A program made the position numbers and the translations under genes. A stretch of DNA of 64,000 nucleotides from an uncultured delta proteobacterium (lineage in GTDB: Bacteria; Desulfobacterota; Binatia; UBA9968). The stretch covers positions 32,001 to 96,000 of the forward strand of contig CAWJBB010000021.1 of the NCBI GenBank assembly GCA_963840855.1, in the 5' to 3' direction. Of the stretch, positions 20,376-29,108 are shown one piece after another. The notes beneath the pieces are model-generated. The model worked only from the letters and a program-made list of their open reading frames with translations, had not been told where the DNA came from and searched no databases. Position 1 is the stretch's first letter; each line of letters starts with the position of its first letter.

Positions 20376-20476
20376 GTCTAACCGCTACGCCTCAGCCGCC
20401 GCGGCCCAACCGAGTCCTTTCGCCTTCACCCAAAGCCGCTCGCGGGCCGCGGTCAGGCTGGAGTCGGGGGTTAGGC
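20376..20476 (-). other. attC site
   Basis: GCCTAAC..CTCCAGCCTGACCGCGGCCC...GGGCCGCGGCGGCTGAG..GTTAGAC, 101 bp. Confidence 0.9.
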
Positions 20477-21062
20477 GATTGGTGGCAAGACGTCTTGAAA
20501 CAGTATGCCAAGCAATTGGCCCCCTTCTGGCCGACTCCAATCCTGAGCGAGTTCGGCCATGAGCGTGTTTGTTGCGGTAAACACAACCCCCTCGCGTTCC
20601 ATGCGCCGCCGCGACATATCTTCGGAAAGTTCGAATGGCGACCCTGAAGCGTCCATAACTGCCTGTACTTGGTAGCCCTCGCGACAGGCACTAATTGCCG
20701 GATACACCAAACACACATCGGTGGTTACACCGGCCATGATGAGATTCCTGCGACCTGTCGCTTCGACGGCCTGTTTGAAGTGCGGATCACTCCAGGCGTT
20801 AACAATTCCGGCTCGCTGAACCCTGGCAGCAAACGCCTCAGGAAGAATTTGTTCCAGTTCCGGAAGCAATGGCCCCTGAAGATTCTGCTCCTGCGAACTC
20901 GTAAGGACGACAGGGATGTTCAAGAATCTTGGCTGTTTTGGCAAGAGCCAGCGTGTTTCGTTTGACCACATCAAGTGGGATGTTCTTGATGAGCTTCATC
21001 GTCCCGACTTGATGGTCGATGAGCAAAAGAGCGCTATCAGTGGACGAAAACGTACCGATCAT
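20471..21062 (-). CDS. Isochorismatase/YcaC-like hydrolase, frameshift near 20920 (cassette)
   Basis: ALLLIDHQ...NIPVVLTSS...NAW...AGVTTDVC; GGAGG RBS. Confidence 0.85.
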
Positions 21063-21093
21063 TTGCAATTATCCTCCGTTGCAATTAATGCCG

Positions 21094-21144
21094 CGCTAAC
21101 GAGCCTCGTAGAAGAACCTCGATTTTCGAACGACATGGTTAGTC
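21094..21144 (-). other. Degenerate attC
   Basis: GACTAAC...GTTAGCG, same cores as attC 22749-22829 but shortened. Confidence 0.5.
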
Positions 21145-21415
21145 GTCACTGTTGATGCCTGCTGCCATAGTCAGTGAAGTGAATTCCGTTGTCGCAGATC
21201 AACAAAAATAGGGCCATGGACTGGTATGTCTGGTTCTCTCGATACGTCGTGGCTGTCTAGTGCCGCGCCGACCGAGGCGATCTTCTCGACTGGCTTGTGC
21301 GCCAAACTGAATAATTGACACTGAACGATCACTTGCTTCTTACCGACGCAAAGTAAATAGTTCGCAGCGCGCTTGGGCAAAGGATACTCGAACACCGGTT
21401 ACGGGTCAGGTCTTG
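21139..21415 (-). pseudogene. Degraded copy of the first cassette gene (22824-23210)
   Basis: Collinear matches: CTTTGCCYAAGCGCGC, TTTGGCGSACRAGCCAGT, GATCGCCT, AACAGTGACGACTAACCA. Confidence 0.65.
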
Positions 21416-21634
21416 TTTCTTGTATCAATGCTCGTCTTCGAACCGGCATCTATCTGACAGCAGGCGTGACAGCCAGCTAAAAGCAACGCCTTTGTCCAAG
21501 ATTTCCAAGAACGTTTTGCGGTCGCCGTCGTAATCGAAAATGACTTTCGGCGTCGCCCAGGAATGCAATAACTCCAATAGCCCCACATACAACGATTCTT
21601 GAATACATGAGTATATTTCGCGATCCCTTTGTTG

Positions 21635-21722
21635 GCCTAACGGATAGTGGCTCACCCGTGACGGCAACTCCAAAAGAAATCAAGAAAGGCTGGCCGCCGT
21701 CAGGTGCAGCCACGTGTTAAAC
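21635..21722 (-). other. attC site
   Basis: GTTTAAC..TGGCTGCACCTGACGGCGGC...GTTGCCGTCACGGGTGAGCCA..GTTAGGC. Confidence 0.9.
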
Positions 21723-22124
21723 CGCACGTCGAAGGCTGACGCGGTAAGCGACTTGCCACAGCGATACCAAAGTGCAGGCCAAGAATATCCCGTCAGCGAT
21801 GAGATTGACAGTGCCTGAGAATCCTGAAAGAGCCAAGAGATAGATCATGACGTACACAATTCCACCGCCCGCCACGAACGCCAAGACGCTACCGAGCCAA
21901 TGCCGCCTGAACAGCAGTATGGCTGTCAACAGATAGAGAGGAATGAAGAACATGTCAGGGTAGATCAGAGAGACATATGCTTCTTTCGGAAATGCTTCGG
22001 GCCGTTGCCAAGTTCCGGCGAAGACCGACCTGACTGCATACGCCTGGAACAAGCCCCAGATGGCAAACCAAGTAATGGCAAACCAAGGTCTATTCATTGG
22101 GTTCCAATCACGAGAGAATTTCAT
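21717..22124 (-). CDS. Membrane protein, about 4 TM (cassette)
   Basis: Hydrophobic ORF whose TAA lies in attC R''. Confidence 0.8.
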   Translation of the reverse strand: MKFSRDWNPMNRPWFAITWFAIWGLFQAYAVRSVFAGTWQRPEAFPKEAYVSLIYPDMFFIPLYLLTAILLFRRHWLGSVLAFVAGGGIVYVMIYLLALSGFSGTVNLIADGIFLACTLVSLWQVAYRVSLRRAV

Positions 22125-22152
22125 AGCGGACACTTTGTGTCGCAAGATGCCG

Positions 22153-22208
22153 GGCTAACGTTGCGGCTGAGAGGCACGAAGCGTCCTTCTCTAGCCGATT
22201 GGTTAGAT
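22153..22208 (-). other. attC site (short, 56 bp)
   Basis: ATCTAAC..CGGCTAGAGAAGG...CCTCTCAGCCG..GTTAGCC. Confidence 0.85.
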
Positions 22209-22425
22209 GTCTTACTTCTGAAAGAATCGCGCAAGTCGCCGAATCCGATATTTCGACTGGAGATCTAGGAGCGTTTTGTCCATATTCTGAGAGGCATATA
22301 ATAAGTTAGAGCCGATGGGCGCGCAGCGGAGGGCGAAACCTGTTGGCGGCGCGTCTCTCTCAAGTTAAACAAAAGGAAATAAAAGAGCCAGAAGGCATGG
22401 CTCTTGGTGCTCCCAACAATCTAAC

Positions 22426-22472
22426 ATATCGGTCTCCGCCCGAGCTTCCGGGTGGAAGATGACCTCCTTCAC
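22426..22472 (-). pseudogene. 5' stub of a ParE/RelE toxin
   Basis: GTG overlapping the antitoxin stop; MKEVIFHPEARAE then junction CCGATAT-GTTAGAT. Confidence 0.65.
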
Positions 22473-22705
22473 GACCGCTTGTTCCGCAACTCAGCAAAGA
22501 TCTCACGGGCCGGTATTCCTTGCACAACTCCGTCGCGCAGTTCTTTAAAGCGCCGCTCTGCCTCTGTGATCCAGAGCTTTTCAATCTCCTCTGGCGACTC
22601 CGCGGTTCCCTCCAGGCTTGATAGGAGGCGCACCACAAGCCGTGTACGATCCTCGGGCGACAACCGCAACGCGTCCTTCTCTATTTCAGGTAAGGAATGC
22701 GCCAT
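22469..22705 (-). CDS. Addiction-module antitoxin component (TIGR02574-like), cassette
   Basis: ALRLSPEDRTRL...LWITEAERR; AAGGAG RBS. Confidence 0.85.
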   Translation of the reverse strand: MAHSLPEIEKDALRLSPEDRTRLVVRLLSSLEGTAESPEEIEKLWITEAERRFKELRDGVVQGIPAREIFAELRNKRS

Positions 22706-22748
22706 ATGATTCTCCTTGCCGGTCAGGATAGCACGGGATTTCAGCTCT

Positions 22749-22829
22749 CGCTAACGTCCGCGTTGAACGGCGCTCGCAAGCGAGCGAAGCCTCGTTTGCG
22801 AGCGTCCGTTTTCGAACGCGTGGTTAGTC
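22749..22829 (-). other. attC site
   Basis: GACTAAC..CGCGTTCGAAAACGGACGCTCGCAAACGAG...CTCGCTTGCGAGCGCCGTTCAACGCG..GTTAGCG. Confidence 0.9.
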
Positions 22830-23210
22830 GTCACTGTTTGCTCGCCACGATGCTGCGGTAAGTCGTTCAATTGCCGCATAGTACCGGGTTCGGGCCGTGT
22901 CCGGGATGTCTTGCTCTTTAAGGAGAACGTAAATTTCCTCGGCGACCACAGAGCCGATAGCGTGAACCGCGTCGTGTCTTGAGAGGCCTTCTCTGACCAG
23001 GCGATCGAGCGCTCTGACAACTGGCTCGTCCGCCAAAGCGAGTTGATTCTCAACAACCACGTGCACCGACGCATGAAGTGTTCGCGCGCGCTTAGGCAAA
23101 GAAACTCGCGTATCTCGGTGATGCTCTTGCACCAATAGGATTCGTTCACCCTCATCAAGCGCAAGCCAATCTTTGGAATCAGGGGCGACCTGAGGATCGT
23201 ACTGGTCCAT
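22824..23210 (-). CDS. DUF1841-like hypothetical protein (first cassette)
   Basis: LHASVHVVVENQL...RHDAVHAI; cassette start GTTAGTCGTC mirrors its end GACGACTAAC. Confidence 0.75.
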   Translation of the reverse strand: MDQYDPQVAPDSKDWLALDEGERILLVQEHHRDTRVSLPKRARTLHASVHVVVENQLALADEPVVRALDRLVREGLSRHDAVHAIGSVVAEEIYVLLKEQDIPDTARTRYYAAIERLTAASWRANSDD

Positions 23211-23224
23211 CGCTTACTTGTGAC

Positions 23225-23290
23225 GACTAACTATTAAGTGAGCTGTTTAGGCCACGCCGTTCCTGGCCGCCTATCCCAAACAGCCTTACA
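23225..23290 (-). other. Candidate attI site
   Basis: G/TTAGTC crossover at 23231 with no attC stem upstream; inverted repeat GCTGTTTGGG/CCTAAACAGC nearby. Confidence 0.6.
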
Positions 23291-23429
23291 CGACCTTTAG
23301 GATTACTCGTTGAACTGTATCGCTTACTTGCGACGCGAAAGTCAAGACACGTTTTCCGACAATTGCCGCCGGCATGGCGGCCTATCCCCCTATGGGCCCG
23401 CAGTCTATCCCCGAGGCGATAACGCGTAT

Positions 23430-23967
23430 TCAAAGTCTCAGTAGCCGGTCCGCTGGACTTTGAACACCTCGGCCACCGCGATTTAGAACGTGGGTGTAGA
23501 TCATCGTTGTGCTGACATCGCGATGCCCCAGTAACTCCTGAACCGTCCGAATGTCATACCCGTCCTCTAGCAGATGGGTCGCAAAAGAATGCCGCATCGA
23601 ATGGCACGTCGCTTGCCTTGCGATCCCGGCGTTGCGAGCAGCCTCTCGCACGGCTTTTTGTAGCACTGATTCGTGAAGATGATGCCTGAATTGTTGTCCT
23701 GTTACGCGGTCAACGTAGTATCTCAGCGCTGGAAAAACCCATTGCCATCCCCACTCTTGCCCAGCGTTTGGATATTTCCGATCCAGCGCATTGGGCAACA
23801 CAACTCGGCCTAAGTTCTTGTCGATATCGTTCTGGTGCTGCCGTTTACCATCGTCGAGGTGCTTGATGAGCAAGTCTTTGACGTTTCGGAGGCGTTGCCG
23901 GTGCATTGACCGCGGCGCTGCCCTCGATTTGATTTCTGTTCAGTGGGTATATCTTGTCGCTTTCCAT
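23430..23967 (-). pseudogene. intI: Integron integrase with large internal deletion
   Basis: IntI-specific [43 protein letters not shown]; RBS-led start MESDK...TPPK fused out of frame near 23885. Confidence 0.9.
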
Positions 23968-24002
23968 ATTGTTTCCTCCCGTAGTCGCCGTTCAAGGATC
24001 AA

Positions 24003-24781
24003 TCATAAGATTCTTCTTTGAAATCGAAAACCGTCACGATTAGCTGAGAGTTGGCTCGAGTTCCTGAGGCGTGGGAGCGGCATCTCGTCCCATGTCCTCC
24101 CGTCCAGTTCACGGCCGGTACTTTTCTTTCTTGTTCCACCCCACTGCTTGAAGAAGAAAGGCACACCTTGAGCAATGCATCGGTCCCTAATCTGTTGTAC
24201 CCACCGTGGGTCCAATTGCGGCTCCAGGGCCGGATTCTCCTCCAACAATTACCCAATGAATTCCTCTGTAGCGGCAATCGAGGAATCGGTCCCAACAGGG
24301 GCTCGACAGATAGAAACCGAACAGACTGCTGGCACTTTTCGTCAAGTGATCCGATCCGATAGGTATAGTCGACTATTCTCAACGCTCACGCCCATCCAAA
24401 TGTTATCGTGCCAAGGAAGCTTTCCAGCGAGTTCAACGAGTCTCTCCGATCGCTTGGTCAGAATCTGAAACGTGTGCCAATGAGCTTTTCCCATGACATC
24501 AAAAATCGCTGGATAAAATCAAGCGGCACATCGGGATGAAACAGATCACTCATCGAATTGACAAAGATCTTCCGCGGCTGACCCCACCGCAAGGGCTGTT
24601 CAAGTAGATCGTCGTGCAAAGTGACATCGAAATTGTTCCTGTACCTCGCCTGCCCCATGGCATGTAACCGCCGCGCCATGCGATGCGCGTAGCAATTCTT
24701 ACATCCAGGGCTGATCTTCGTGCAGCCAGTTACCGGGTTCCAGGTTGCATCGGTCCATTCAATCGCCGAATCTTGAGCCAT
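24003..24781 (-). CDS. DUF5131 (phage Gp37/Gp68-like, three-Cys motif) protein, frameshifted
   Basis: [54 protein letters not shown]. Confidence 0.9.
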
Positions 24782-24788
24782 ATTTACC

Positions 24789-25666
24789 TCATAAAAATCT
24801 GAAGCCTGTTTGCGGATCTGAATATTTCTTTGTTTCCTTCCAAAATTTTGGACCTAACTTATGCTTGCTGTACAGCGCGAGTCGATATAGCGGCAAATTC
24901 TTCTCGTCAGATCGAATCAGAAGTGCTTCTTTTACACCTGGGTCAATGTAGCCCAGTTTCTGCATCGAGCGTCCAAACTCCTCAACAACGAAATTCTCGA
25001 ATGATTTGCCGGTCGCCTTTTCTTTACTCCCAACGACTACGCCAATCTGCGTTACCAACAAAATGCTCCAGTGTCTTATTTCGAGGCTGTGTGTAGTTTT
25101 GCTCATTGCGATTTGCGTCCATGCTGGATGGAATAAGTACCAGAAAATCCATAAATCTTTGCGACAGCGCTTCTATTGTTGAAAAATGCAAGTTCTGCAT
25201 CTGAAATGGATCGAGAAAACAAAACCCCAGGACCCTTTGGTTCCTTCCGGGTCGTGGCATCTCCGCAATAATATTATCTACCGATGCGTTGGCATTCCCA
25301 GTGATAATCTTTACGTTCCTGTTCGGAAAATCCCGTCGACACCTCGTTTCAAGAGCTTCGGCAAAGTTCTTGTCTCCTTCACAGAAAATATATTTGTCGA
25401 ATGCTTCAGGCATTCCAAGGATCAGAAGAGGCGACGCAGCTGACTATTCGTCTTGTCCCACGAATTCGAGATCGCCCAGAGCCAGCAAACAAATCCAAAT
25501 AAACAAGAGCATCCCACTTGGTACGCATAGATTTTATGAAGAGCGACGCGTACAGTTGGACTTGGCGATATTTCTCTTCACCCCAAGCTCCAATCTCGGG
25601 TGTTGGCAATCCGTCGTCATCCAGCTGTTTTAGCGGTTCAATGTTTGCCATATAGAGAGTTTGCAA
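24789..25666 (-). CDS. tcmP: Three-Cys-motif partner protein (methyltransferase-like), frameshifted
   Basis: [31 protein letters not shown]; adjacent to DUF5131. Confidence 0.85.
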
Positions 25667-25738
25667 CCATGCAACTTATATTGAGGCATCATTCTGGATC
25701 AACAGAAATTTTCACGCATCCGCATGATTACTCCGTAC

Positions 25739-25776
25739 GTTTGGAACGATTGGAACTTCTGGAACGTTTGGAACCG
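25739..25776. repeat. Nonamer tandem repeat, single arm
   Basis: TTTGGAACGATTGGAACTTCTGGAACGTTTGGAACC immediately after the imuB stop. Confidence 0.75.
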
Positions 25777-25779
25777 TGT

Positions 25780-27291
25780 TTATTCAATAGATCCTTGCAA
25801 AAACCATCTTCGTCTTAGCCGATCATAGTACAGCCATAAAATATCGCCGCGGCGGGTTTCGGCGTAGTAATATTCGCGCTGGATTTCTTTGCGCCACCAG
25901 CCGCCGGAGAAAACATAGGGCCCGGTGAGCCGGTCGACGGTGCCGTACTTGGGGCCCAAAATGAGCCAGCCGTCTTCGTGGGTGTGATAGGGTCCGCCGG
26001 GGAGCAAAACCGGTTTGGCGACGATCCGGCGCACCAACATTTGGGTCGTCCTTCGACGTTGCTCAGGACAGGGGGGGAGCTTGACGCGGTCGAGGGGCTC
26101 CCAGGCGAAGCGCGCTTCGGGTAGATGGCCGTCTTTCAGCGTTGCGTGCACGACGGCTTCGTCGCCGAATTCCGCGCGCAATCGCGCCAGCGCGCGGTTG
26201 GCGGCGTCGAGATCGCGCGCAGGCTGCTCGGCAAAAAGATGCAGCTGTTCTCGGGTCGCGGCGCACACCTCCGCTTTTAATTCAATCTCGATGGCGCCGG
26301 CGGAGAATTTCAGCGACTCCAGTCGCAGGCGGACCAGGTCGATTATTTGCGCTTCCTCCAGCGTCGGCGTTGCCGGACGGATCTGCTCCTTAAGCCAGCC
26401 GCTGCGATCGATTAGGAAAGACAGCCAAAGCACTGCGAGTGCCTGGGCGCGCTTGGCGAGCGCCGCCAGCAGCGGATGGAGCATTTGCTTGATGAGAAAG
26501 AGCAGCCGCGTGGCATCGCTTTCCGGATCGTCGAGGATGCGTCTTTGCGCCACCGGTTCTTCGGGTCTGCTTGGATCGAGAGGCGCCCAGAGCTCGCCGG
26601 CGGCCATTTGATGCAGACGATAAGCCTCGGCGCCGAAGCGCTCGCGCAATCCCGCCGGCGGCAAAGAAAGCAAGGCGCCGACGGTTTTGATGCCGAGCTT
26701 GAAAAGCGCGTCGCGAAAGTGCGGATCGATATGCAAGCGAGCCAGCGGGATTTTGTTCGCCGCGCTCCGTTCTTCGGCGGCATCGCGAAAAATCGTGATA
26801 CCCCTTTGGGCCTTGACCACCGCGTAAGTGCCGAAGCGGGTGAGACCGACGGCGACGCTGGCCGCGAGACACTGCATTGCTATCTCCTGGCGAATGGCAT
26901 GGGCCCAATGGCGCGGCGAGGAATAGAGACGCTGCAGCCCCGCGCCGTTGAGCCAGAAAACTCCGGGCTCGCTTGCAGAAGGCTCGACTTCGGGCGAAAA
27001 ACCCATAAGCCGGCGGGTCAGCTCGGCGACCGATTGCGTGATTTCTTTCGGCGCGACTGCGCCGGCGCGCAGCCCTGAAGCCAGAGAAAGCGCCGCGGCG
27101 TAGCGCAGGCCCGGCAGCACGCCCGATTGCCGCGCCTGCTCATTGACCCAGAGAACCACTCCCTGCGGCTTATCCTCGGCGACCACCGCTGCGGGCTGGG
27201 CCGCCCAACCGGGATGCCGTTTGAGCAGTAACTGCAGCGGAAAGGCCGGCAGATCAACACAGGCCAGCCGGCCCAAAGTAGAGCTCTTCAT
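25780..27291 (-). CDS. imuB: ImuB, catalytically inactive Y-family polymerase
   Basis: ACVDLPAFPLQ, FSPEVE, RLRAEFG, GPYVFSGGWW..QREYYYAE. Confidence 0.9.
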   Translation of the reverse strand: MKSSTLGRLACVDLPAFPLQLLLKRHPGWAAQPAAVVAEDKPQGVVLWVNEQARQSGVLPGLRYAAALSLASGLRAGAVAPKEITQSVAELTRRLMGFSPEVEPSASEPGVFWLNGAGLQRLYSSPRHWAHAIRQEIAMQCLAASVAVGLTRFGTYAVVKAQRGITIFRDAAEERSAANKIPLARLHIDPHFRDALFKLGIKTVGALLSLPPAGLRERFGAEAYRLHQMAAGELWAPLDPSRPEEPVAQRRILDDPESDATRLLFLIKQMLHPLLAALAKRAQALAVLWLSFLIDRSGWLKEQIRPATPTLEEAQIIDLVRLRLESLKFSAGAIEIELKAEVCAATREQLHLFAEQPARDLDAANRALARLRAEFGDEAVVHATLKDGHLPEARFAWEPLDRVKLPPCPEQRRRTTQMLVRRIVAKPVLLPGGPYHTHEDGWLILGPKYGTVDRLTGPYVFSGGWWRKEIQREYYYAETRRGDILWLYYDRLRRRWFLQGSIE

Positions 27292-27856
27292 GTTTCCACG
27301 CCGGTCCCCGCCGTTTATCCTTGAGCACCCGAAGCGCGCAGGCAAAGCGATTTTCCAAGGCCCTTTTTTTTTCCGCGTGGGCCCTGAGCGAGACCAGCGA
27401 GCCGAGCGAAAAATCTTTCCGTTCTTTTTCCGTCAAGCAAACCACCGCGGTATGGTGATGATGCGCGAGGCCGGTCAAGCGGCTCTGCAGCGGCATGGGG
27501 ATATCGGCGCCGCCGAGATCGAGCACGATCAAGCCGAAGCCGCCGGAGCGCAAAAGTTTTTCGCCCGCGCGCGCGATGTTTTCCGCGGCGCTGAGCCGGA
27601 TCACCACCAGCGCCGCTAGATCGGTTCCGCCCTGGGCCGCGTCAGGTGGATAGAAAGCACTCTGCGCCCCGGTGACCCAACCCACCGGTTCACCTCGCTC
27701 CTGAGTTTCCCGCACCAGGCCGAAGGCCACGGTCAACGAGGCCGCGGCCGCCGACGCGGAAATTTCCACCAGCCGGCCGGCGACCTCCGCAGAAATTCCA
27801 CAGGGCCTTGGAAGTAATAACTGGGCGAAGTTTTTGCGCAGGAAGAAAGCATCATA
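27254..27856 (-). CDS. imuA: ImuA/RecA-like protein (5' end uncertain)
   Basis: GRLVEIS, FYPPDAAQGGTDL, LLRSGGFGLIVLDLG; directly upstream of imuB. Confidence 0.8.
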   Translation of the reverse strand, partial: YDAFFLRKNFAQLLLPRPCGISAEVAGRLVEISASAAAASLTVAFGLVRETQERGEPVGWVTGAQSAFYPPDAAQGGTDLAALVVIRLSAAENIARAGEKLLRSGGFGLIVLDLGGADIPMPLQSRLTGLAHHHHTAVVCLTEKERKDFSLGSLVSLRAHAEKKRALENRFACALRVLKDKRRGPAWKHEELYFGPAGLC

Positions 27857-27861
27857 CCTGT

Positions 27862-27944
27862 CGTTCAAGTCGTTCAAAACGTTCAACGAAGTTTAACGGT
27901 TCCAAAGGTTCCAAGACCGTTCCAATGGTTCCAACGCGTTTAAG
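27862..27944. repeat. Nonamer repeat arm downstream of four-helix-bundle gene
   Basis: CGTTCAAGTCGTTCAAAACGTTCAAC...GTTCCAAAGGTTCCAAGACCGTTCCAATGGTTCCAAC. Confidence 0.8.
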
Positions 27945-28387
27945 ACTGTCGAGCTGATTGACGCAGCTTCCGAATAATCGATCGGGTTGGACTCGTTGTA
28001 TTTTGGCCCCTGCATTCCGCTTCGTTTGAGATAATTAATTAGGTGCTCGATCATTGCTCGACAGAGCGCTTGAAGAATTTCAGCAAGTCTGTCGGATTCA
28101 TTCTGTTGCGATGATATTCTTGATCAACAGCCACATACAGTTGCGAGCGAACTTCGCCGCAGGATCCTTTCGCGACATAGAGAAATTGGATGAATTCTTG
28201 ATTTCCGCCGCGTTCAAACCCTTCAGCAATGTTTGACATGATAGAAATTGCCGCGCGTTGGATTTGATCCCGCGAAGACTAAAATCCTTTGAAAATTTTG
28301 GCGCTAGAAGTTAACGGTAGATTTCTTGTCGTTAAACGGCGCGCCTCTTTCCAGATTTCCAAATCTTCGAAATGTTTTATCGTGCAT
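27945..28387 (-). CDS. Four-helix-bundle protein (TIGR02436/IVS-like), several frameshifts; 3' end approximate
   Basis: [11 protein letters not shown]...[41 protein letters not shown]. Confidence 0.9.
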
Positions 28388-28461
28388 AGGACCTCCAGAT
28401 GAAACGTCGGTTCAAACGATTAGTGCAACGTTTCGAAGTGACTCCGGTTTCGGATTCCGGG

Positions 28462-28488
28462 TTTAACCTTGAACGTTGAACCTTGAAC
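28462..28488. repeat. Heptamer repeat arm upstream of four-helix-bundle gene
   Basis: TTTAACCTTGAACGTTGAACCTTGAAC. Confidence 0.75.
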
Positions 28489-28492
28489 TGCT

Positions 28493-29101
28493 CTAGAATT
28501 TTCTCAGCAGCCCGACTATTTTACCCACAATGCGAAATTCTCCTTGCGAAAGCATAATTGGAGCGTATTTATCATTCTCCGCTTTGAGCGTGATGACGCC
28601 GCCTTTTTTGTAGAACCGCTTGAGTGTCGCTTCGCCTTCGATCAAGGCGCAGATGATCTCGCCGTTTTCCGCCGTACCTTGCTGCTTGACGATCACCCGG
28701 TCGCCGTCCAGGATACCGGCGCCGGTCATGCTGTCGCCTTTGACCTGGAGCGCGTAAAGCTTCCCCGATCCCATGTCGCTCGGTATGGTCAAAAGCCCTT
28801 CGATATTTTCTTCGCTGAGAAAGGGTTTGCCGGCGGGGATTCGTCCTAAAACCGGCACCTCGCGGGTGGCCGGCAAGACCGCTTTTCCCATAGCGTTGGC
28901 CATCTCAATGGCGCGTTTACCGACCCGGCGGATGTAGCCTTTCTTTTGCAGCGCTTTCAGATGATCGGCGACGCCGTTGGTGGAGGCGATCTTAAACTTG
29001 GCGCCGATCTCGGGAATCGACGGCGCATAGCCCTTCTCTCGGATCACGCGCAGCAAGAAGTCATAGATCTCTTTTTGCCTGGCAGTCAGTGTGGGAAGCA
29101 T
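28493..29101 (-). CDS. lexA: SOS repressor LexA
   Basis: LTARQKEI wHTH, A-G cleavage site (IPAG), catalytic GDSM and ATLKR. Confidence 0.95.
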   Translation of the reverse strand: MLPTLTARQKEIYDFLLRVIREKGYAPSIPEIGAKFKIASTNGVADHLKALQKKGYIRRVGKRAIEMANAMGKAVLPATREVPVLGRIPAGKPFLSEENIEGLLTIPSDMGSGKLYALQVKGDSMTGAGILDGDRVIVKQQGTAENGEIICALIEGEATLKRFYKKGGVITLKAENDKYAPIMLSQGEFRIVGKIVGLLRKF

Positions 29102-29108
29102 AAGAATC

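Larger units (their letters stand above)
14152..23967 (-). mobile_element. Chromosomal integron: intI remnant plus gene-cassette array
   Basis: About 10 attC sites, co-oriented small ORFs, IntI-specific sequence. Confidence 0.9.

Noticed and set aside
23315-23346. Pc-like cassette promoter TTGACT...TACAGT
   Set aside because: The spacer is 20 bp, too long to call
15568-24781. Prophage (GH19 lysin, Gp37/Gp68-like gene, tyrosine recombinase)
   Set aside because: No structural, terminase or replication genes; the recombinase carries the IntI-specific insert and the genes are attC-bounded
27945-28387. Diversity-generating retroelement (Avd-like gene) or 23S rRNA intervening sequence
   Set aside because: No reverse transcriptase, no TR/VR pair with adenine-specific mismatches and no rRNA in the window; the 21139/22824 duplicate differs by indels, not A-specific changes
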